This document shows, in pieces, positions 51,479 to 64,000 of a stretch of DNA of 64,000 nt. Below the pieces are notes generated by a model. The model did no database searches, was not told where the DNA came from, and saw only the letters and a list, made by a program, of their open reading frames with translations. Every line of letters begins with the position of its first letter. Positions within the stretch are counted from its first letter, which is position 1. This DNA comes from the human T2T-CHM13v2.0 reference genome, Homo sapiens: the NCBI RefSeq assembly GCF_009914755.1, contig NC_060932.1; one strand, written 5' to 3'. The position numbers and the translations under genes are program-made.

Positions 51479-52317
51479 CTGAGATTGAGGGCTTGGAAAA
51501 GGGAATCATCCAATCTCCGAGAAAACTATTAGGCCCCCAAAACGTTCCAAAACAGTGTGGTGGCAACTTCTAGTATGGCTCATGTTACACAGATTTAGTT
51601 AATAAGTCCAGGTTGATGTACAAAGTGTATTATAGTACGGCAGCTAACAGGAGTTCGTTTGGATCATTTCTTTTAGCCTGTGAAGTCTCACGGGGGTGAT
51701 GCAAAGGTGGCCTAAGTGAATGTTACACAATGGTCTGTGTCAAAGCTGAGAATACTGAGCTTAAGAAACTCCCAATCCAAGCACTGCCTGGAAGTCCCCC
51801 TTTCACTCTGGATGCACTAAATATATATCACAACCACATGAAATGGATGTTATTTCTATTTTAGGCTTGTAGGTTAGAGCAATGCTCAGAGACGTTTTCA
51901 CATAAAGGAGGCAGGACTCTCATCAAATTCTTTCAAACCCCAAGGCTCTAGTTTTCTTCACTATGTAATTATAGCACCTGCTAGAACCAGGAAATAATAT
52001 GAACTTTATACAGATTAGAAATCTGAGTCTCGGATATTTTAAAACGTATTCATGCTCAGAGATAAGATCTGATAGGCCAGAAAAACTGCCCATCTTCCCT
52101 TCCAGAGAAAAATATTATCTTTATTACTTTGGAATATAAGCACATTTTCTCTGGAGGGAGGAGGGCTTCATCTTTGCCATCTTAGAATATATGTGGGGAA
52201 GGAGACATACTTTAAAACTGTACACTTTCTAAATCTGAGTAAATTAAATACACTTTGAATGTCTAGGAATGAAGACATGTAAGAGATTCATTGAGATAGA
52301 TTATTTTTTATCCAACC
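51479..52317 (-). mobile_element. LTR41/LTR40-family ERVL LTR inserted in an antisense L2
   Basis: TGAGATTGAGGGCTTGGAAAAGG...TTAGGCCCCCAA...GTGTCAAAGCTGAGAATACTGAGCTTAAGAAAC; LTR 5' end (reverse complement) near ...TCCAAC at ~52316. Confidence 0.55.
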
Positions 52318-52642
52318 AAGAGAACTCCTAAGCATAGATTTCAATGAACGTGAGAAAGCTAGCACTAGAAGATCTGAAAATGAGTGTTCCAGGAAGTGAG
52401 GACAAAAATTTAAAGTTCTCAGTTTCAATACATGGCATATTTGAGATAAACAAATATGGCATGTTTCACAAAAGCAGAGTAAATAAAGGATATAGTGTCA
52501 GAAAGTTAAGTCAGAGAGTCATGCGTAGGCCAGATTACATAGAATGTTTATTACAGGTATCAATTTGAACCTCATCCTGGGTGTATTGTGAAGCTACTCA
52601 AGGGTTTGAGAAATGGTATGACAAAATTTAATTCAAATTTTA

Positions 52643-53775
<1,133 letters not shown>

Positions 53776-53926
53776 AAACATTTTAGGCAAAAACTCTTGG
53801 CTGCAGATAAATTACTTAATTTGATTGTGAAAACTCTTTAAATGGATAAAACATCAATAAAAGTTACTTTTAGATTTTGCCTGATTCTATACTATTAACA
53901 AGGTTACTTAAATATGCATCACACAC

Positions 53927-53979
53927 AGTGCAAACGAGACAGTAAATCATTAGTCAGTGTCATGAGTCACGTTTGCACT
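53927..53979. other. Inverted repeat/hairpin (14-bp arms, 1 mismatch, 25-nt spacer)
   Basis: AGTGCAAACGAGAC (53927-53940) pairs with GTCACGTTTGCACT (53966-53979). Confidence 0.85.
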
Positions 53980-54129
53980 AGGCCAGCAAAACCAAAATGA
54001 ATAAGCCCATTTAATTGGCTGCTTCAGAACCCAGCCATAAAAATAAAATGTTACCAGAAAATCTAATACCTTTCTTTAGTGCTTATGTATATAATTCTTA
54101 CACAATAAAATGCAAAGTTCTTATATTTT

Positions 54130-54900
54130 TTGTTTTGATGTGTTTTGAAATTGTGTACAATTACTTGCCACTATCCAACATTAGATGTAGAAATCACCAT
54201 GGAAAGTACCATTAAGTTTTTTTCCAATCAATTCCCAGTCTTTCTGCATGTCTCCATTCACTCCTCCCATTCTCAGGCCTTTGAGGAGACCATTCTCTGA
54301 TTTATGTTGCCATGATTATTTTGCTTATTCTTGGGTTTCATACAAATAAAATAGTAAAGTACGAGTAGATACAATTTGTCTAATTGCTTTTGTTAAATTT
54401 AATGCTTTTGTATGTGTAAAATTTTTTCTCTGTCAAAGATTTTTTTCTAGAGTGAAGAATGCTCTTAATCCAAAATTGCTGAGGATTTTTATTATAAATC
54501 CATGCTGAATATTATATTTTTTCTGTATCTATTGAGGTAATATACTCTTCTCCTTTATATTCTTAATGCATTTAAGTAAATTGATTTCCAAATGTAAAAT
54601 AAGGTTTTCATTACTGAGATGACTTATTTGGTAGTGACATATTAACCTTTTTGTCTGTCACTCTATACAATTTGCTAATATTTTGTGAAGGAGTTTTGCA
54701 TCTCTGGTGATGAAAGTTTATTCTGTGATTTTATTTTTTTTGTAATGTTCTTGCCATATTTTCATGTCAGTTTTATTGACTCATAAGGTGGTTTGGGAAT
54801 TGTTCCATTCTGTTGGATTTTCTGAAAACATTTGTGTAAGATCTTTTATTAATGCTTCATAAAATTCATCAGTGAAGCCATCTAGGCTTAAAGTATTTTC
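54130..54900 (-). mobile_element. Old L1M fragments
   Basis: TTTGCTAATATTTTGTGAAGGAGTTTTGCATCT and AATTCATCAGTGAAGCCATCTAGGC are antisense ORF2 remnants. Confidence 0.7.
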
Positions 54901-54909
54901 TTATTATCT

Positions 54910-55286
54910 TGATATGGTCTTGCTCTGTGTCCCCACCCAAAAATCATCTTGAATTGTAATCCCCATGTGTTGGGGGAGGGACCTCATGGGAGGTAATTAG
55001 ATCATGGGGATGTTCCCCCCGACACATGCTGTCCTTGTGATAGTGAGTGAATTCCCACGAGATACGATGGTTTTATAAGGAGCTTTTCTCCAACTTCACT
55101 CTGCACTTCACTCTCCTGCTGCCAAAAGAAGAAGGATGTATTTGTTTCCCCTTCCACCATGATTGTAAGTTTCCTGAGGCCTCTCTAGCCATGCAGAACT
55201 GACTCACAAGTCAATTAAACTTCCCTCCTTGATAAGTTACCCAGTCTCAGGCATTCCTTATAGCAGTATGAGAATGAACTAATATA
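54910..55286 (+). mobile_element. THE1D-like solo LTR
   Basis: TGATATGGTCTTGCTCTGTGTCCCCACCCAAA...CCATGATTGTAAGTTTCCTGAGGCCTC...GAACTAATATA; TSD TATCT/TATCA. Confidence 0.9.
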
Positions 55287-56231
55287 TATCATTTTAACTG
55301 CTGTAATATCTGGACTATTAATATTATCCATTCTTTTATTGATGATATCATTGATTTATTTTTTCTTTTCTTGATTATTTTCTTGATTTCTGAAAAGAAA
55401 TCTTGATTCCTGACAAGACAGACAGCATATATAGTTGGTTCTTTTTAGACTAACATAACTAGTAAATCTTTTATAGTTATATCGCAGTAATGGCTCCTAA
55501 AATGATAAAAATAACCTATACTAAGTGAGGTAGAGATGTCTGTAGTGGATATAATAGAATGAATACACTATCTACTCTATAAAACTCATGAAATGCTCAT
55601 GTACCAGAGGAGAGCTTGGAGGTTATTCAATTTACCAAAGTGATAAGGAATGCACTGGTGAGTGGGGCACTAGCATCATGGCAGCTCAGTGGTGTCTTCT
55701 CTCAGAGAGCTACAGCTGACCATAGATGATTCTTTTACTTGGGATCTCTAATAACCATAGAAATATTAGGATCCTAAAACTAGATAGTCCAAGTGTCAAT
55801 GCTTAGTCATCACAAGCCAGATATGTTCAACAATCCTAATAAACAGCAATGTCAGAATAACAGGAAAGACCCAAAGAATGTTATGGGATATGAATTCTAA
55901 CTTTACACCATCAAAATAAGTCAAGGATGAATGGCCACGAGGATGAAGGCAGTTATCCCACAAAACATCGTGATGTTTTGCTCAGTTTCTAGACCTAAGT
56001 TAGTTATTTGATTCAAAACAGATTAACTGAACTAGATATCCAGCGCCCAAAATGAAGGACTCTACATTGAAATTATATAGATTAATGATTATCTCAGTCA
56101 TTCCCAAAAGGAACTAAGAGACAATTACCCCAACAACGCTGCACTGATACAAAAGGAAATTAGGAGCATACCTAAATATTTTAAGCACTGCTAGTGACAA
56201 GGTCCAATTTGCCATGAATGTCTCTAATGAC

Positions 56232-56729
56232 TATTGGTATTTGATTCTCCATGGTCCTCTCAATTTCTACACATCTTAAATTAACTTTTGTTCGGGAATA
56301 TGTTTTAAATAATGTTTATATAGAAAACAACCTTAGAAGATAGGATCTCTTTTCAGAGCAGAGGTAATATTTGTTTGCTCACCATAATAAGAATAATCTC
56401 TCTCTCTAGGGAGACATTCAAGCAAGATTTCTACCAGCCCCTTTATCACAGAGTATGCTATTTTTTAAAACCTGAGGTCCCTCAGCTGTGATGCAAAGTC
56501 ATTGCTTGTGCACTATCCACCTGGTCTTGTTCTTATGGACTACCATGCCATGTGGAGAATAGAGGAAACTTATGCAGGCATGGAACTCAAGATTCCTCCT
56601 TTGTGTTGAGTAACAAAATCCTGTCTTTGACTGAGGCATCACATGCCTTCTGCTAGCATCTGTGAACTTGTGACAGGTTTGCCTATTATCTTGCAAGTGA
56701 AAAATGCCAACTTTTCTTAATTCTTGATA
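56232..56729 (+). mobile_element. LTR40-like ERVL solo LTR
   Basis: CTCCATGGTCCTCTCAATTTCTACACATCTT...AACCTTAGAAGATAG...CTTCTGCTAGCATCTGTGAACTTGTGACAGG...CTTGCAAGT...TTCTTGATA. Confidence 0.75.
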
Positions 56730-57157
56730 ATCCCCTGCCCTCACACCTGCTGCATAACTCTGGAAATAAAGGGGCTAGGTAATAAGTTGAGTTCAGACCC
56801 AGTGGACGCATAAGACATAACCACTATGTTTGGTCCTTGGCCTGTGTGGTAGGAACTGTTGTAGTCTGAAAGTCTATGTGTAATAGCCTCTTAAATTATC
56901 TTCCCCACGGCCAAAATTTGAATTTGAAAAAGAAAAACCACATCTTTAAGGGAATGGCAAAAATTAATGGTACCTGAAAGAACTAAAGGGTACATTAGTG
57001 GTAGACTTAAGATATTTTGATTTAATTCATAAATCCAGACCCTGCAAAAATCGAGCAGAATCTGGAGCATGATAATTGAACATGATCATTTGAAGCAAGT
57101 GGTGACTTCAATTTCAGACACTCTACCAGACATGGTGTCTGTACTAGAGAGAAATAT

Positions 57158-57445
57158 GGCTGGATGCAGTGGGTCACGCCTGTAATCCCAGCACTGTGGA
57201 AGGCTGAGGCAAGGGGATCACTCGAGGCCAGGAGTTCGTGACCAGCCTGGCCAACGTGGCAAAACCCTATCACTACTAAAAGTACAAAAATTAGCTGGGC
57301 ATGGTGATCCAAGCTACGCAGGAGGCTGAAGCAGGAGAATTGCTTGAACTTGGGAGGCGGAGGCTGCAGTGAGCTGAGATCACGCCACTGCACCCTAGCT
57401 TGGGCAACAGAGCAAGACCTTGTCTCAAAAAACAAATAATAATAA
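57158..57445 (+). mobile_element. Alu (Jb/Sz6-like) with short deletion at start of right monomer
   Basis: GGATCACTCGAGGCCAGGAGTTCG...GGCAAAACCC; right arm reads GGCATGGTGATCCAAGCTAC. Confidence 0.9.
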
Positions 57446-57921
57446 TTAGCATGATCTCAGATACATAGTATGTGGCTATAGATTTATCAAATTAATATGT
57501 TTATATCTCTATTAGGAAAGATAATCAGAATTAGCTCACATTCATTAGGAAGTTATAATAGTACACAGTTACAGTTTTTCAATATCATCCAAAGATATCT
57601 AGAGTGGACATCCCATAATATACCACTGGTACACTTAATTGATAATATCAAACAAATATGATAGGATGAGCAAGAAGTGACTAGTATACTGGTGTGTTCA
57701 GACATGCACTCCAGAGGGTGGAAAATAAAGACTCAGACCTGCTACAATGGCAAAATGTTTGAGGAAAAATACCCTCCACAGGAAAAACAAATTATTTTGT
57801 CTGGCTCTTCCATCATTAAGATATCTTTGATTTATTCCTCTATCTTACTTTCTAGTGGTTGTTCTAGAAGAAATAATATCTATTTTGCCTTATCATATTT
57901 TATCTTTTCAAATAACATTAC

Positions 57922-58272
57922 TGACTTATGATGGAGTCATGTCCCAATAAACCAATTGTCAGTTGAAAATATCATAAATCAAAAATGCATTTAATACACC
58001 TAAACTACCAAACATCATAGCATAGCCTGCCTTGAAGGTGTTCAGAACACTTATATCAGCCTACAGTTGGGCAAAATTATCCAAAACATAGATTATATTA
58101 TAATGCGGTGTTGAATATCTAGTGTAATTGATTGAATATTATATTGGAAATGTAAAAAAAAGAATGATTGTATGGGCACTTGAAGTATGGTTTCCACTGA
58201 ATTCACATTGTTTCTGCACCGTTTTAAAGTCTAAAAATTGTAAGTTGACATCACAAGTCTGTCACCATGTGT
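57922..58272 (+). mobile_element. MER47A-like TcMar-Tigger element
   Basis: GACTTATGATGGAGTCATGTCCCAATAAACC...AAAATGCATTTAATACACCTAA...CAGAACACTTATATCAGCCTACAGTTGGGCAAAAT. Confidence 0.85.
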
Positions 58273-58344
58273 ATACTGCCTCATGAACAATATGAAAACT
58301 TATAACAATATAGTTCCACTGATTTCTTTCCCATACTTTGTTCT

Positions 58345-58696
58345 TGATATGGTTTGGCTGTGTCCCAATTCAAATCTCAACTTGAATTGTATCTCCTAGA
58401 ATTCTCATGTGTTGTGGGAGGGGCCCAGGGAAGGTAATTGAATCATGGGGCCAGTCTTTCCCATGCTATTCTCATGATAGTGAGTAAGTCTCACGAGATC
58501 TGATGGATTTATCAGGGGTTTCTGCTTCTGCTTTTTCCTCTTTCTCTCTTGCTGCCACCATGTAAGAAGTTCCTTTCACCTCCTGCCATGATTCTGAGGC
58601 CTCCCCAGCCATGTGGAACTGTAAGTCCAATTAAACCTCTTTTTCTTTCCAGTCTCAGGTATGTTTTTATCAGCAGTGTGAAAATGGACTAATACA
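58345..58696 (+). mobile_element. THE1A solo LTR
   Basis: THE1A diagnostics CAAATCTCAACTTGAATTGTATCTCC and TTTATCAGGGGTTTC; TG...CA ends; perfect TSD GTTCT at 58340-58344 and 58697-58701. Confidence 0.95.
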
Positions 58697-58789
58697 GTTC
58701 TGTTGTTTCCATAGATTTTATTTTCACATATACTATAATCTGCATAGGATATATACATTTGCTTTAAAAATTGTCAGTAGCATATCCTT

Positions 58790-59292
58790 TGAAAATAAAA
58801 CAGAATTTTGTTTCCATGACCTTTGCCCCCTGGTGCCACGCCCAAGGATATGTTACATACATGAAAAAGGGGTCTTTGCAGATGTTATAAGGTTGCAAAT
58901 CACTCAACCTTAAAATAAAAAGATCATCCTGGGTTATTCAAATGATTCGGTATAATCACATAAAACCAGAAAAAGACAGGAAAGGAAGTCAGAATTAGAA
59001 GCACAAAACAATATGACCTTCTATTGTTGAAATAAAGCTAGAGGAGGTCATGTGTAAAGCACAAGGAGAAAATTAATTCTGGCAGCATTCAGGGAACCTG
59101 GAAGTGGATCCAAAGCACAGAAGATAACTTTAGCCCAGGCCGATACCTTGATTTTAGCCTAATGCTAATGAGACCCTGAGCAGAGGATTTAGCCACTACA
59201 TGCCAGGCTTTTAACCTACAGCAATGATCAGATAATATATTTATGTTGCTTAAAGTGATGGTAATGTTATAAAACAAAAGAAAGTGAATTAT
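58790..59292 (+). mobile_element. MLT1E-like LTR
   Basis: CATGACCTTTGCCCCCTGGTG...AAAAGGGGTCTTTGCAGATG...ACCTTGATTTTAGCCT...GAGACCCTGAGCAGAGGA. Confidence 0.75.
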
Positions 59293-59399
59293 ATATATGA
59301 CGTACATAATTCTGTATATTACTTATGTATACTACTATTTATGTATTATGCACTGTATGTAATTATGTATACATATATTTGTAATGCATAGAAAATAAC

Positions 59400-60620
59400 T
59401 AATGCATCTTTTTGTGTTGTTCTTCCCTCCTACTTCTTGTGAATGTGGGCTTCCATTTATTTATCACTTCCCATTAATCTGAGGAATTTAGTGTTTATTG
59501 AAGTGCATATCCATGAGAAATGAAATTTCTCAGATAACATTTTTCAGAAAATAGTTTTATTTTACATTCATTTTTGAAGGGTATTTTACTTTGTATATAA
59601 TTCTAGCTTGAATTTTACTTTCTGTTAGCATTTTAAAGATATCTTCCTACTTATTTTTAAATCTGACAAGAGAAGTCAGCTGTCACTGGTGTCATTTTTC
59701 TGTTTGTAGAATATGACATTTTTCCTTTGAATTCTTAACAATTAATCTACAATATGCCTAGCCATATTTTCCTTTTATCTGCCTTCATGTTCACTACAAT
59801 TCTTAAATTTGTGGTTAGTTTTTCACTAATTTTGGAAAATACTCACATATTACATATTCACACATTTCTTCTGTCCTACTCTTTTTCCTCTTTTTTGCAG
59901 ACTCTAATTACACATTATTTTAGACAATTTGATTTTGCTCCACACATCTCTGACATTTTTTTAGGGCCTTTACAAATTTCTATTTTTACTATTAAGTTTG
60001 GATACTTTCTATTGATCTGTCTTCAACTTCACTAATCCTTTCATCTGTTGATTTCATGATGTTGCTAATCGTATCAAATAAATTCTTTATTTCTAATAAC
60101 ATATATTTTCATTTCTAGAATTTCCATTTTTTATTCATTTTTCTCTGTAGAAATTTTCTATTTGTTTTTATGTGTTTTCAACCTTTTACAATTACTCATT
60201 GAACATATTTATCATAGTTCTTTCAAAGTTCTTATTTGGTCAATAGGCTATGAGAACCATATCTTGGTCTGCTTTTATTGACTACTTCCTCTCTTGACCT
60301 AAGGTCACATTTTTTTGCTATCTCATTACTTTTAAAATTTTATTTTATTTTTAACTTGTAAAAGCTCAATAGAGGCTGAAGCAAATAATAGTTTTTTCCC
60401 AGAAAAGGACACATCCTTTCTTCTTTCAGGCTGCCATAGGGTAACTGAGTCAATGTAATATATTGTTGTCTTGGGCCTGGACTTTGTTGCAAATTTAGTT
60501 AGAGGCAGTTTAACTGACTTCAGATATTTTGGTGGCAGAATTTGGGCTTGCTTTTTAGCAGGGCTTAGGGTCTGAGCACCATAAAGCCTTTGATCTTTCT
60601 ATACTTTATGTAAGAATAAA
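59400..60620 (-). mobile_element. Old L1M fragment
   Basis: T-rich antisense L1M: TTTTATTTACATTCATTTTTGAAGGGTATTTT...ATAATTCTAG, GAGAAGTCAGCTGTCA, TTTCTATTGATCTGTCTTCAACTTCACTAAT. Confidence 0.7.
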
Positions 60621-62666
60621 GCCTTCAGTTTCCTAAATCATATTACAGTTCTTCCTGCTGCCAGCTTGTAAGTATCTTAATAGTTCTCATTGCTCTCAAG
60701 CCTCAATCCTCTCACCCTAGCCTCCTTGCTATTAGGTAATCTTTTTCCAGTCTCCTGTTCAGCATCAAATCTTCAGCCTGTAGAATCTTAAATGAGTTTC
60801 TCTAACTTTTCCTGGACTGTAGATTTCAACATGTTGCTACCTTTTACTTGGTATGGCAGAAAGATTCAATAGTGTCTCTCATGCTTCTCACCTCCTGCTA
60901 TTTGTACAATTGTCTAATTCTGTTTGATTCAAGAACTGTAATTTCTTCTAATAAATGGATGTGTACAATGTGACAAGGCATGCATGATTACATAAGAATA
61001 TAGCACCTATGTCTAGAGTCAGATCCTCTTTCTTCTTTTTCCGAATTGCTCCTTCTCCCTTTCTCTACCACTTCCCAAAGACAGCTCCTATTAATCTCAC
61101 AGGTGTAAGAAAATGAAATATGCCAATGTCTGGAGGGAGCATGGATGTAGATTATTTCTCTGTCAAGACTCGGATGAGATACCAGAACTGGGGAACCTTA
61201 ATTATAATCTGTGTGGTGCTCTACAGAGGAATCACATAAGCCATTCCTGTTTTGTAAAACCACAGAATCCATGAGAATCCCTGGTTCTCGTCAGTTCTCT
61301 TGTCCCATTCTCACCGTTCTATGTATTTCCTTCACACATTTGATGAAGATTTGTAAAGAGGAGTTGTTGGGCAGAGGAGGACTTGCTTGTGTTTTGGTTG
61401 TGCCTTAAATTTCAAGACTTAAGTTTAAAATCATCATAAGTTATGCTGGCCAAAACATGACTGACAAACAATATTTATATATCTGTCAGTTTCTTCCTTT
61501 CCATTCTCTATGGGATATTCTTTCTCCTTCGGCCAGTCCACCAAGTTGACAGCAGTATTGGTCTCTCCTCTGCTGAGAAAGTCTTGCCACATTCTGGAAT
61601 TTAGTTCATTTAGCATTGATACTATATCTTACACAGCAGTTACAATGAGGGTAATACTTTGTTGAACTAAAGTCAGTCAATAGTAATTCTTCAGAATTTA
61701 TGATAGGAAGACTATTTCTTTAGGGCTTTAATGGGATTTCTAATACGATATTTCCCTGGTATGCAATGTTGTTTTTGACTTACAATCTTGGCCAATGTTA
61801 AAGGACAGATTTAAAGGTCTCATTTGGGCTTTATACACTGTGATAGTGTACTTGTCTCATAGGCCAATATTTAAATATGGGAGTTACTTCAACTTTCAAA
61901 TATGTCAATCTAAATTATAGCCTCAGGAAATGCTCACTGGGGGATTCCAGGTCTCAATGGGCTCACTACAAAAAAATCATTAGTCAGATATCTTTTATTA
62001 TATGATAACTGTAAGTCTCCATTCTGTTATAACAGAGGATTCAACAGATATCAATGTCAAGTCAAACCTTGTGTTCAATAGTTTTCAACATGTCTGAATA
62101 TATTCTCCTTTCCCCAGTGTATTGTCACCTGAGCAGGATGGGAATAGACTTGTGAAAGACTGGTAAAATCCATATGGTATATACTTTTCATGGAGTTTCA
62201 TGATTCTTCTACTAAAGTCCTGGTCACCTCTCTTATCAATGGATTCCAGAACAGAAAATAGGTTCAAAACTCAGTAATGACCTTTTCTTTCTATGACATC
62301 CCTTAGTTTCCTTCTCCTTTATTTTCACCTTCATCTATAATTCTTCCATAGCAGAACCCTTGTTTGTTCCTTGTCTGTTACAATGCAGTGTTTATAATCA
62401 TCTTCACAATGGCCAACAAATCAAGCCCTCTTGCCAGCTCTTCTAACTGGGCGTGATATTTTGGTATGTTTTTCACACTGGCTCCATTGATTAAGTGCCA
62501 TAGTTTGGCATGATTTACTTTGGTGTCTTATCATCATAAGGCTAATAATAAGGTCAGCTTAATGACCACTTCTGCCTTCATCAGCCCTGATCTGTAGTAG
62601 GAAATCCATAGAATATATATTACGCTAAATTAAGGTTATATTTATACTTAAAAGTTATTGTTTATA

Positions 62667-63550
62667 AATTTACAAGCAAAAAACAACCCCATTAAAAAGT
62701 GGCAAATGACATGAACAGACACTTTTCAGGAAGACATTCACGTGGCCAACAAGCGTATGAAGTAAAAACAAGTTCAGTTATTCCTGATCATGAGAGAAAT
62801 GCAAATCAAAACCACAATGTGATGCCATCTCACATCAGACAGAATGGCTGTTATAAAACAGAGTCAAAAAATAACAGGTGCTGGCAAGGTTGAGGAGAAA
62901 AAGGAATGCATAAACACTGTTGGTGTGTGAAAATTAGTTCAACCATTGTGGAAAACAGTATATTGATTCCTCAATTACCTGAAGACAGAAATACCATTCA
63001 GCCCAGCAATCCCATTACTGGGTATATACCCAAAGGAATATAAATTGTTCTATCATAAAGACACATGCACACGTATGTTCATTGCAGCACTATTCACGAT
63101 AACTAAGACATGGAATCAGCCCAAATGCCCATCAAGAGTAGAATGGATAAAGAAAATGTGGTACATATACAACATTGAATACTATGCAGCCATAAAACAG
63201 AATGAGATCATGTGTTTTTTTTTTTTTTTGCAGAAATATAGATGGTGTTGTTGGCCATTATCCTCTGCAAACTAACCCAGTAACAGAAAACCAAATACTG
63301 CATGTTCTCACTTATAAGTGAGAGCTAACTGATGAGAACACATGGACACATAGAGAGGGAACAACAGGCACTGGAGCCTATTGGAGGGTGTAGAGCGGGA
63401 GGAGGGAGATGATTAGAAAAAATAACTAATGAGTCCTGGGCTTAATACCTGGTTGATGAAATAATCTGTACAACAAAAACCCACGACACAAATTTACCTA
63501 TATAACAAACCTGCACATGTACCCATAAACTTACAAGTTAAAAGAAAATA
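62667..63550 (+). mobile_element. L1PA13-16-like 3' end
   Basis: ORF 63045-63275 gives L1 ORF2 C-terminus (KDTCTRMFIAALFTITKTWNQPKCPS...WIKKMWYIY..EYYAAIK); 3'UTR AATAACTAATG...GGCTTAATACCTGGTTGATGAAATAATCTGTACAACAAA. Confidence 0.92.
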
Positions 63551-63559
63551 CAATAAAAT

Positions 63560-64000
63560 GTATTGATTATTTGAAATTCAAGTTTAAGTGGGTCCTAAAT
63601 TTTTTCTGGCAGACACAAGTGGATAATCACCACCAAGTATTTTTTTGATCCTTGTGTCACTCCCACCAGTTCATCCCTGATGGCATTGTTAAATGGTGAG
63701 TCATTTTGGCAATCCTAGTGAATATGATTATGTGATAGATCTTATGGCCAAATATAACATGTCCAGTCAGCAGGTCCACCTGAACTTTTTGGTATCATCC
63801 TTAATGTCTGTCACAGCAACTCAGAAATTTATACTTTGCTTAACTTGGATCATTACTTTTCTCAGGCTGCAAAAAGCCACCCTAGAAAAAGGTGTATCTT
63901 ATCCCTGGAAGTCCTTGCCAGGCTATGAATTCCTGTTTTGAAAAAAAAAAAAAAATCTCATGAACATAATTTTTACCTAGTACTATGTTACAATCTCCTT
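63560..64000 (-). mobile_element. Degenerate ERVL/MaLR internal (gag-like) fragment; probably continues at ~61440-62600
   Basis: Reverse complement of ~63650-63710 translates QNDSPFNNAIRDELVG, resembling ERVL gag EDTPFTKAIRNALVRG. Confidence 0.5.

Larger units (their letters stand above)
55420..57730 (+). mobile_element. Degenerate ERVL internal (gag/pol) fragments interrupted by LTR40 and Alu
   Basis: TTTACCAAAGTGATAAGGAATGCACTGGTGAGTGGGGCACTAGCATCA translates FTKVIRNALVSGALAS, resembling ERVL gag FTKAIRNALVRGAPAS. Confidence 0.65.

Noticed and set aside
53926-53950. miR-130/301-family miRNA based on CAGTGCAA
   Set aside because: Only the seed matches; the remaining sequence differs from the family members I recall.
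63941-63955. Isolated poly(A) runs (also ~43138-43158) as processed pseudogene tails
   Set aside because: No upstream mRNA-like sequence or TSD is discernible.

Overview
AT-rich, CpG-depleted, repeat-dense primate genomic DNA. An AluY implies a catarrhine genome; it is human-like, but species and locus cannot be determined by eye. It reads as a gene desert or the interior of a very large intron. No credible protein-coding gene, RNA gene or CpG island was found. The short ORFs in the track are chance ORFs or read through Alu, L1, MaLR and ERVL remnants. Much of the window is recognisable transposable-element sequence: nine Alus plus a FAM monomer, L1PA/L1PB/L1M fragments, L2, MIR, CR1, DNA-transposon fossils (MER5, MER58, MER47, Tigger3, MADE1) and many LTR elements. 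These include a complete THE1B-like element (2668-4958) and an ancient two-LTR ERVL provirus (14250-20705) that retains a target-site duplication (TSD), a tRNA-Leu primer-binding site (PBS) and a reverse-transcriptase (RT) remnant. The best non-routine candidates are a possible plus-strand 15-nt microexon with nearby short acceptor/donor pairs (7.7-9.1 kb), a hairpin carrying PBX-HOX and AP-1 motifs at 53.9 kb, and a POU/PBX-HOX motif cluster at 30.1 kb. I found no convincing evidence of a new biological system. Repeat subfamily names come from recalled consensus sequences, and boundaries of old elements are approximate; both need RepeatMasker/Dfam confirmation.
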